DNA of 64,000 nucleotides from IMG/VR virus record IMGVR_UViG_3300016476_001378; one strand, given 5' to 3'. The notes beneath the pieces were generated by a model. That model searched no databases. It was given only the letters and a program-made list of their open reading frames with translations, and was not told where the DNA came from. The first letter of the stretch is position 1; every line of letters begins with the position of its first letter. This document shows positions 19,549 to 29,400 of this stretch, piece after piece. This DNA comes from a virus. Lineage: Duplodnaviria; Caudoviricetes. A program made the position numbers and the translations under genes.

Positions 19549-22500
19549 CTAAGGAACATCTGGATTCATCCAGTATAGATCTTTATCGCCCGTTTCTAAT
19601 TGTACTGCAAATTCGTCAACAATGGCGGCTGAGTTAGGGTCAAGCGAATCGCCTGCAGACACCAATTGTATGGCAAATCTGATGTATCTAGATGGAGTCG
19701 GTAAAGTAAACACAGTATTAGGCGTGATGTCAGTGTATTTGGCAACTTCGAATGCGTTAGCAGGATCTGCGTCTGCCAAATATTTAAATTGAATGTTGCC
19801 ACCATTGGCTGTTCCATTGAATGTAACGAGGCCTCTTTTAATTGTTGGATAAGGCAGCGCTGGATCTTCTGTGCTAGTATCAAACTGTCTTGTAAAGAAG
19901 TATGTATCTCTAGCTGAGAAATAGCTTAATGCAACATAGTTAACCTTTGGAGAAACACTTGATGTTGCGGTTGTCATTACAACTTTAAACTGTAGCCATT
20001 TGCCAGTATAGGAATGAATGTTGTATTGAGTTGTGATAATCCCCAAAGCAGATGTTGTATTGATCGTTGAATAGGTGAATGGATTTCCCCAATCTGCAGT
20101 TAAACAATCATCTCTGTTGCTTGCGGTTCTTACATAAACATCAATTTTGAGGCCAGATTCCAATCCTGCAGGTGCAGATGGTGTAGAAACAAACTGCGAC
20201 TGTATTGACAATTCATTCCATCTGTTAAGTGAAGGCGCATAGAATGGCTCTGATTCATAGAAGCCTGTTTGTCTTGTTGTTCTACTTGGCGCATAAAGGG
20301 CGGATGTTGCTGATGGCGTCTGATAAACACTAACTTGTGTCAGGCCCTGACTTGCAGGAGTCATCAAGGTGATGAAAATTGTTATGTTAACACCCTGGAT
20401 TGTTGCAAATGTTACAGTCCCATTATTGTTATTTGTATATTCGCTAGAATTAACTAAAATCTTAGCACCGCCCGAAGTAGATCTGTAAACTTCTATTGCA
20501 TCGGAAGAAGACCATTTTTGCACTGAGGTGTAGGTGTAGTTATCCGATGTGGTTGTAGGCAAATAGTAATAAGTTGTTGGAACCTTAATCTGGAAAATTT
20601 GACCAGCAGCAGGTTGGGTTCCTGATGTATTAGTTGTGTCCTTGGGCGCTGGTAAGCCAAAAATAATGTTATCTATTAAAGATGTTGTTGATTTATTTCC
20701 TGCCAAATCTCGTAATTGAACATAAACATTACGCTCTGCTGTTTGGAATAAAGTTAAATCTAATAAATAAATTTTACCATCAGTTGCTATACCATAAACA
20801 TTATTATTTAAATACGCCAATCCATTTATTGTATTTGGTGATGGTTGATAAACTTCATAATATGAGCCCAGATCTCTGGCGTAAACTAGTACACCTTCAA
20901 CATTTTTGTTAGTGATAATCCAAAAGAATGTTCCATCAGAACTGTCAACAAAATCTAAAAATTTGAATCCTGACCCGCCAGTTGATAACTGCTTGACCCT
21001 AGAGGTAGACCTAACAGTGCCATCTGTATTAAATTTAAATGAATAGATTGTTCCATCTGAGGCACCTGCCCAAACTTCGCCAAAGATTGTGTTAAATTGA
21101 ATAATCTCTACTCTATCCTGGCCGGTGTTGTATGCTTGTGTAAAGGTATTGCCATCAGTTAAATAAATGAGGCCCTTTTGTGAAGAAACCACATCTGACC
21201 CAAGTCCCATGAATAGGTAATTTGAACTAGAGCCCATCGACAATACTTGAGAATCTGCAAATGTACGCTTTAATCTCAAAGATACCCCATTGTAAGAATA
21301 AACATGGCCAAGGTTGTCTGCGTCTAATCCTGTTCCAATCCATAACCTGCCAGAAAACACACCTAATGTTTTTACTGGTGGTAAATTTGACAAAACAGAA
21401 GGCGTTGTAAAGCTAATACCAGTTGTAGATTGAATTACATTACCACTCTCAAGGGCTACATACAATTTGTTATCGTAGATAGCAAAATCATTAATTATTG
21501 TAGAAGAGGCATCATGAACTAAAGTTGCCAAGCCAGCTGAACTAACAGAATAAATTTTATTATCAGAAACAGCCATCAAAGAGTCGGCAAAATAAAATAA
21601 TTTAGTTCCTGCTTCCAATGTATTTAAATCTACAAATTCACTCCAAATCTTACTTTGATTGACAATATCCCAATCGAATGAAGAAACACCATCATTAAAG
21701 GCTATCCAGCCCTCGTCGGATGGGTCTAATAAATTTTCCACAGGAAAATTTGCTTCTGCAAATTCCTTGGCATCTCTAAAGTCAGAAAAGTGCGAAACTC
21801 GTACAGCATCTACATTAGAAACTGTGTCACGGGCCGCTATTGTTGTTAAACCTGAATTATTTTGATAATAATAATCGCCTCTGTATCTAATTCTTACAGC
21901 ATACAAAGAAAGTGCTGCAAGGAAAGCATAGCGATAATATTCTAACGTGACATTGCTTGCATACATGTATACAAGTTGAGTCCATGAACTTGTGGGAGTC
22001 TCTTTGACTTCAATTACATAGTTTTTAGGATTAGATGCTGTAATGCCAAATTCTATTGATTTTACAGTTGGATAAACCCCAGAAGAATTTGGAGTTAAAT
22101 AATTTACCAAATAATAATTATAGCCATCACCTATTGTTTCTGTTTGCTCTGGATAAACAGAACCTCCTAAACTTCTTGCAGCTCTTACTGTGTTCTCTTG
22201 AATGTCTAGAACAAAATACTTACCAGCTATAATATTTGCGCTTGTTTCAGTATTTCCATTTGTGGAATAGCACCCAAAGTAATGGACTTGCATGCCATCA
22301 AAAGTTTGTGTTTCGCCTTGGTGCAAAACTACATCGCCCACAGGAGGAACGATGTCATAAATAACAGGAGGGGACATAAATCCCACTCTTCTTTCAAGAA
22401 TTTGTCCATTGGGGATGGTGCCAGAGTAACCGTTTACAGCCCAATCAATAGGATCAAAGAATCCCAGTGGATATTTAACACCAGACACATCTACAATTTC

Positions 22501-23379
22501 ATCTGCGAAAGAAGCAAGTGCGTCGGGGGTGGATAATTTATTATTGGTTACAAAGTTTGTTAATCCAGGAAAATAAGAAAGCTTAACAGTAACATCGTGA
22601 GAAATAGGGGCCCCTAATTGAATAATATAATTGGAGCCAACACCAGAATCTAATTTTGTATAGATTAGTCCCGTAGAACCCATTGTGATAGAGCCTGTAG
22701 TTGTCAATCCCCAGGGGCCCTGATTTACCAATGTGCCTGATGTGCAGTAGGTAAACATGGAAGCAATTTCTGCTGCGGTGTCAGCATCTGTAGCTCTTTT
22801 CAAAACCCAAGGAGTACTGCCATCACCAACAGTCATTACATAATAGATGCCGTTTTGTTGTGGATCCACATCTTGATTTTTAACAAGGACACGGTTGTTT
22901 AAGGCCAAGCTTACACCATCTATAACAATTGCACCATTAGTTGTACTTGTCAATGTAGCATTTACGCCAGATGTACCATTGCTATAAGTTGCAGACAGAG
23001 TTGCAGTTGTAACAACTCTTACATCAGCTTTGTAATTAGTGTAATCACGTTGAATTTTGATAATTGGAACAGGTATGCCGTCATACTCTACTAAAAAAGT
23101 AGAAGGATCTACGGCTGGCAAAATTGGCAATGGAGATACACTATCAAAATAAACTGTAATAGATAGTCCATCTTCTGATGCTACAGCTCTGTTAAAAACA
23201 GGAGCTGTGTCTGCTAGAGCCACAAAGTTTACATCGCCGCTGCCTTCTGAAAGAAGACTTGCAGTTGAATTCCCTTGTTCTTCGAATGAATTTTGATTAT
23301 TTTCGAGGGAGTTCTGATTTGAATTTTGTTTTTCTACGTTATTTTTGCTATTTTTATTATTGTTTTTATTCCAACTCAT
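19549..23379 (-). CDS. Large tail-associated protein (QNGIY module, beta-propeller, Ig-like domains)
   Basis: 1276 aa; N/Q-rich N-terminus; RVLVKNQ...QNGIY...WVLKRATDAD; repeated LYVA/LWIG/LFMG/VWAG blades. Confidence 0.72.
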   Translation of the reverse strand: MSWNKNNNKNSKNNVEKQNSNQNSLENNQNSFEEQGNSTASLLSEGSGDVNFVALADTAPVFNRAVASEDGLSITVYFDSVSPLPILPAVDPSTFLVEYDGIPVPIIKIQRDYTNYKADVRVVTTATLSATYSNGTSGVNATLTSTTNGAIVIDGVSLALNNRVLVKNQDVDPQQNGIYYVMTVGDGSTPWVLKRATDADTAAEIASMFTYCTSGTLVNQGPWGLTTTGSITMGSTGLIYTKLDSGVGSNYIIQLGAPISHDVTVKLSYFPGLTNFVTNNKLSTPDALASFADEIVDVSGVKYPLGFFDPIDWAVNGYSGTIPNGQILERRVGFMSPPVIYDIVPPVGDVVLHQGETQTFDGMQVHYFGCYSTNGNTETSANIIAGKYFVLDIQENTVRAARSLGGSVYPEQTETIGDGYNYYLVNYLTPNSSGVYPTVKSIEFGITASNPKNYVIEVKETPTSSWTQLVYMYASNVTLEYYRYAFLAALSLYAVRIRYRGDYYYQNNSGLTTIAARDTVSNVDAVRVSHFSDFRDAKEFAEANFPVENLLDPSDEGWIAFNDGVSSFDWDIVNQSKIWSEFVDLNTLEAGTKLFYFADSLMAVSDNKIYSVSSAGLATLVHDASSTIINDFAIYDNKLYVALESGNVIQSTTGISFTTPSVLSNLPPVKTLGVFSGRLWIGTGLDADNLGHVYSYNGVSLRLKRTFADSQVLSMGSSSNYLFMGLGSDVVSSQKGLIYLTDGNTFTQAYNTGQDRVEIIQFNTIFGEVWAGASDGTIYSFKFNTDGTVRSTSRVKQLSTGGSGFKFLDFVDSSDGTFFWIITNKNVEGVLVYARDLGSYYEVYQPSPNTINGLAYLNNNVYGIATDGKIYLLDLTLFQTAERNVYVQLRDLAGNKSTTSLIDNIIFGLPAPKDTTNTSGTQPAAGQIFQIKVPTTYYYLPTTTSDNYTYTSVQKWSSSDAIEVYRSTSGGAKILVNSSEYTNNNNGTVTFATIQGVNITIFITLMTPASQGLTQVSVYQTPSATSALYAPSRTTRQTGFYESEPFYAPSLNRWNELSIQSQFVSTPSAPAGLESGLKIDVYVRTASNRDDCLTADWGNPFTYSTINTTSALGIITTQYNIHSYTGKWLQFKVVMTTATSSVSPKVNYVALSYFSARDTYFFTRQFDTSTEDPALPYPTIKRGLVTFNGTANGGNIQFKYLADADPANAFEVAKYTDITPNTVFTLPTPSRYIRFAIQLVSAGDSLDPNSAAIVDEFAVQLETGDKDLYWMNPDVP

Positions 23380-23389
23380 CGTAATAATA

Positions 23390-23417
23390 ATTTTACAGCT
23401 TAAAGGCTTAAAACCCT
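23390..23417 (-). promoter_or_regulatory. Putative phage promoter AGG-N17-TGTAAAAT
   Basis: AGG 23417-23415, TGTAAAAT 23397-23390, 10 nt before the ATG at 23379. Confidence 0.5.
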
Positions 23418-23425
23418 ATTGCAAC

Positions 23426-26400
23426 TTATTCAGTTGGGATGTTTTTTTGATTATTAATAAAACCAACTTGTCCAGATACCACCAGTGTGTCTTTGAAAGA
23501 AGTTACAGCAAAAGGTCTGATCAAACCCTTTCCTGCAATTGTCCTAGGTGTTGCAGGGCTTTCATAACGCCAAACTTCCTTGCCCGGCAGATAAGACCAA
23601 GCCTTGAAAGTTCGGTCATCTGGATTGTTGGTTATTTTATTCAAATAATAACCATCTGTCAGTGCCCAAATAGTGCCCTTGTGTTCAGAGAATCTTCTGA
23701 CTCCGCCAGCTGATGGGAATCTATAGGATGGATAAAACTCTTTAACCTCAGGAACTACAGGAGGAATCACATGTCCTATGTGATATTTAAAGCTGCCCCA
23801 TGCCCAAGTACTATTTGCCTGATCTGTCGATGTTTTACCAAATCTCACATAAGATAAGATAGTTTCTTGATTCATGAAATCATCTTCTTCAATTATAGGC
23901 TGTTCAAAATTACCAACCCAAAGTTTGATGTCTTTTCTTGTTGAACCACCAACAGACAATCTTACTGGAGTCAAATCTCTAATGACAGAATAGTAACCAC
24001 TTGAAGTACTCACTGCAACATAATCTATTTCAATAAGAGGCTTAGTTGCATAAGTGTATTTAGTATAATCTTCAAACTCAAAATACAAACTACGAACTGC
24101 ACCACGCCAGCTTGGCTTAATCATGTAAGTCAAATAATCATCTGAATAAGAGATTGGTGTTTCAGAGTATTCGTATTCTGTAAAATTAAGAATCTGACTA
24201 CTTAAACTCCAATAAGTTTTCAATTTCATTCTTGGAGCCATGACTGAAGAATAATAATTTACGTTGGAAGTACCAAGCACAAATGGTTCATCATAATGCA
24301 TGTAGAATGTTAAATTTTTATTCTGTATACCACCAGTTACTTTAACTCTTGGTGCTGCAATCATTTCTTCTGTTGTGTTAAAGCCTGCAGATCTTGTCCA
24401 GACACCATTTGAGCCAGTACCAACTGTAGTAACTTGATAAATACCATTTAGCTTGGAATCTTCTTGATTTTTAACGAGAATCAAATCCAAAGCTGACACT
24501 GTTTTGCCATCAACAACACTAGGTGCGCCTGTTGCTAAATTCACAATATTTGCGGTAGTAGCATAGTCTACAGTTGTATCATACCCATCGCCAAGATCTA
24601 ACTGGCGATTGATTCTCATCCTAACCAGCAGATAAGTATGAGTGTCGGTGACAAAAGGAGTAAAATTAGAGGCCCCTATAATTGGATCTCCTGTTCTAGT
24701 GCCCACTGCGTTGTATGTGACTTCAAGATAGTGGCTTGTGCCTGAACCTGTTGCAGGCTCAGCTGTAAAGTAAAGATCTGAAGTGCCAATAACAATAAAT
24801 TCACTATTGGATAAGTAGAATGTTTTGCCTTTGTTCACAGTACCATTTTCAGCTGTTGATACATTGCCAACAGCAATATATGTATTCTTTAGCATTTCTG
24901 ATTGCTCATCGAATAAATTCGAGCGAGTCAGAACACACTTAACACCTGTAGTGCCTACAGTAGATACATTATAGATGCCATTTTGCGCTCTGTTAGTTTG
25001 GTCTTTGACCAAAATGGTATTCTGGGTGTATGATGCAGCCAAAACAACAGATGTTGCTGATTCTGTTGGATAATCCACTAAAGTTATGGATGTGCCTGTC
25101 GAAGGCAATGTAGCAATCTCACCTACGATTCTATCATTATCAACATCATAAATAAAGCCTCCAACAGTTAGGCCAAAGTACTCAACATCGCCTAAGTCAA
25201 TAGACAAATCAACTTGCTTACTTGTTGTGCTGTATGTCATGGTTGGAGAAAATAAAGTATACAATGTATAAGTGTATCTTCTGGATAAAGCAACTCCATC
25301 TATAGATACTGCACCTGCTGTGTTGTATGTCAACTTTGCGCCAATAGCTGGGGCAGTTGGTTCAGGTCCAGCGGAATAAGCTGCATCTAAATTAGCAGTT
25401 GTTGCTAATTTTACATTTATACTTCTACCAGTTGCTGGTGTTGTTTTTGCTGCAACTGTACAGAATTCAACAGCGCCCCAATCTTGTACAGAAGCTACAC
25501 CCTGACCTTCAGGTTGGATTGGGTTTGTATCTTCTATTGAATCTGTAAGCGCAAAATTCCACATTTTTAGCAAACCGCGATCTGGGAATTTTTGCTCAAT
25601 TACAGAATATGGTGTGAAAATACTATCTCTGTTTAAGAAAGTTTTAGTTGTGGTATTATTACCACTGGTCACTGTAACGCCGGTTGTTGTCAATTGAACA
25701 TTGATTAAATAATGACCATCTCCAATTTCAAAACCTTGTGAACCGCTACCAGACTCGTGACGCATCTCAAACTCTAAAGTATAAGGTTCTAAATTAGTTT
25801 GTTGCCTATTGACAGCTTGCTCCCAGTCGGAACCTGTTTCTTGAGTAAACACAGTGGACTTGCCCAAGAAACCATTGATGTAAATGTACTCTTTTGTTCC
25901 GCTCTCGGCATACTTGCTGTCTATTGTCTTTGCGCCAACAACATTTAATTTGTTTCTTGAATTGGTTTCACCATCATGATAAAATTGCCAAGCCCAACCC
26001 GCAGGGTCTGTTACAAATGCCTTGCTAAATTCAAGCACATTCCAGCTTGAATTATAGAAAGCAAATGAAGTTTGGTTAGCAGACCAAGAATTGGCACTAG
26101 AGTTAATGACAATTGGCTCTGTAGTGTTAAGGTAGAAAGTTAAATTAGCATTTGTGCTTCCTGCTGTAACAAATACATTTGTGTTTGGCAAGGCTTTATA
26201 ATTTGTATCAAAATCTAAGGCCCTTGTTAGTTCAGTTTTTACACTCCCTGTGCCAAGTCTTGTGACTGTATAAATGCCATTTTGTATAGCAGATGCTTGA
26301 TTCTTAATTAAAATTCTATTCCCAAGGGCTACTGACACACCATCTATGCTTAAAGTGCCTACAGCTGGCGCCACAAGCTTACCAGAGGCATAAACCCAAG

Positions 26401-29400
26401 TGCCTGACAGAGCAGCAGTTGTTGCGAGTCTTACATTTGTAAGCTTGTGTGTAAAGAAATTATTAACAACTTCATTATTAATGCCTGGGAGAGATCTAAG
26501 CTGCTCAGAGTAGCTATGAATTTCAGGCCTATCACCTATAGCTGCGACCACCTGATTTGCATAACTAATAATATCTGAAACTTGAAGAACGGAAGATTCA
26601 TAATCATCTATGCCACTCTTGTTTAGATCTAGAACAAAAGTATATTGCGATTCAGTGGTCGCATTTGTTTTGTTTAGTCTACGGGTGTATTTAAACACTT
26701 TGCCTTGCTTCGTGCCAAAGAACAAAGCATCGTATGCACTGGTTATGCTGGTCAAATCATAATTTGCGTCATACATTGGCTCTGACTTAATGCGCTCCCA
26801 TGAATTTGAAAGAACATAATTATCAATAGGGGCCCTAAATATATAACTCTTTGATGCAGTGCCAATATAAATGTATGATTTTGTTTCATGCATAAATTGG
26901 TGGAGAGTCATGCAGCTAATAGGCAGCGGATTCAAATCAACATCGGATGCTGTAAAAATAGGACCAACTATTTCTTTGCCATCAAATGACCAAACCTTGC
27001 CATTGCCTGACCCCAATAAAATCTTGTCACTAAGCGCAACCATGCTTAAGATAGCACGTTCTCCTAAAGGACCAAGATCGACTACTCTTTCCAGCGTATT
27101 GTAATCCCATTTCCAAATTTGTGCGGCTGATCTCTCAACTACACAATTAAATGTCGATGTGTAAGTGCCAGAAGGTAAGTTTTGGAATACTAAGTAACCA
27201 GTTTCATTATCAACATAGAACTTAGGCTCTGCTGTAATTGAATCTGTGGCAGATGCTGCTCTGTTCCAAGTCGTGCCATTGACAGTCATAGTTATAGTGT
27301 CAATGTCGCCCAAAAATATCTTTCTATTATAAGTACCAGTAGATAAGGAAACAAGCTTGTATGCTGTCTCACCAGATGTTGACCAAGTTACACTATCAAA
27401 TCTAATATTTGGTGTTGCAAATTCATTAAATTTAATAGCGGCCATGTACACAGCTTCTTTTGCCTGTGTTGGATCTGTCCATTTGATCGAATTATTTACA
27501 AGAATGTTCTTTGGAAATTCAGTAACGCCAAAAATGCTAAAACTATTTCTAGTTAAATAAGTGTCTCGGGACAGTGTGTTCCAAACGCTGCTTGGTTGAG
27601 CGGCATTATTCCCATAATCTCTAACCTGAACTTCAATTCTTTTAATGCCATTTGGGTCTACAGATGTTGTTGTGCCACCACCTGAGCCACCTGAGCCACC
27701 TGAGCCACCTGAGCCACCTGTAGAGCCGCCTGCGTCTGTATTTCCTGTGTTGCCTGTATTGCCACCTATAGGGTCAGGATTAGGATTGGTGCCAGGATCT
27801 CCTGAGGGCAGTGGTGGTTCTTCTGATCCAGAAACGGCGCCACCAGATCCAGCAAATGCACTAAAGCCACCATTAAATGATGCGGAAACAACATCAAATG
27901 CTATTGGCTTCTTTGAAATTTCGGCATAAGGCTCCCAGTTACTCCATGCACCTATGCCATTGCCATCAATAAGCCTAAAACGCATGTCTTTGACAGACGA
28001 TACAGCATCCTGGCCCTCTATTTTTACATTAACAATTGTTTTGTTAGTATATTCAGACACAACACCATCTGGATCAATTATTGTAACTTCTGCTGATGGT
28101 GGCACAGTGTCGACCAATGAAATTAATTGAGCATTGACAGTTATAGGATAAGATTCAGATAAATTACCAGCATTATCAATAACTTCAACCCAAACTTTTC
28201 TGGGGCCATCTGTGCCCATGTTTTGCGGTGTATAGTTTGGATCATCGACATAAGGATCTGTTGTTCCATCGGGATTTTTCCACCATGAACCATAATGATA
28301 GATAGTATAAACTATTTCATCATCTATAAGATTTCCAGAGAGATCTCTTTTCTTAAAAGAATCCCACTCAAGCCAATCTGTGTAAGAAATTTTACCAAAG
28401 TCAGTTTCCTTGCCAACCCTGAAAAGCCAGTTACCAGAATCTGCATCTGTCGCTCTTACATCCAACATTGTAGTTCTTACGGTTGGGTGAAGAACTGTAG
28501 TTACATAAGGTCTGTCAGATTCAGTGTTTACAGACAGGGTAGAAAGAATGGAAGGCGTATAGTACGGTGCAGAAATATCAACAGTCACTGCATCTGACAA
28601 ACCCGAGGCATCAGATGAAACTAGAGCGTGGCTTTCTGCACATACTCTGAATTGCAAAGAAGCCTGATGAAAAACATTGTCATATCTTTCTCTAAAGCTA
28701 TGGAAAAGCTTATACCAAAGAAGTGGAACAATTTGCCAACCAGTGCCCTGAACTTGACCAGCAGGTATGCCAGGCAATGCACTTCCACTGTAATTTACAA
28801 AAATTTCTGTTGAAATTTGATCAAATCCCTTTGCCCTTGCCAGACTCATGCCTCTTGGCAATTTGACAACCATCCAATATTTCGTACCCGCTGTTAGATT
28901 TGGTGCAGTGTCGTTGCCTAAGTTAAATTGAACTAAATTATTATTTGGAATTTTATATCCAGTAAGTGCAAAGTCGGTTGAAGTCTCTTTTGCTGGTGCT
29001 ATCCAGTCAGTGACAGCAGCGCCAATGTAACTATTACCAGCTGTTGTAGGTGTGGTGTATGCATAAATTCTAACTTCAGGATGTCTTGGTAAAACATTAG
29101 GGTCGGTTAAAGCATCTGTATCTTCAACCATAACTTCCAAAAGTTGAGGATATAAAGCAGTTTCTGTCAATGTTCTAGATCTAGGAATAAACTCCTGAAC
29201 AATGTATTTATATTCAAGTGTGGAAGCCACAGAGGCCTTATAGACATAGTCTCTAAACTCTGTATTGCCAGCAAGCATTAATTGGCCCAATAATGGCTTT
29301 TGGTATGCCGACCCACCAGTGCCTTTGATAAAATGTCTTTGATTTGGCAGATCACTATTGCCAACAACTGCCTTGGGAACAAGCCCTGTAATTGAAATGT

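Noticed and set aside
27645-27929. Plus-strand ORF with PPEPPE repeats
   Set aside because: Reverse complement of the GGS linker in the 2760-aa gene
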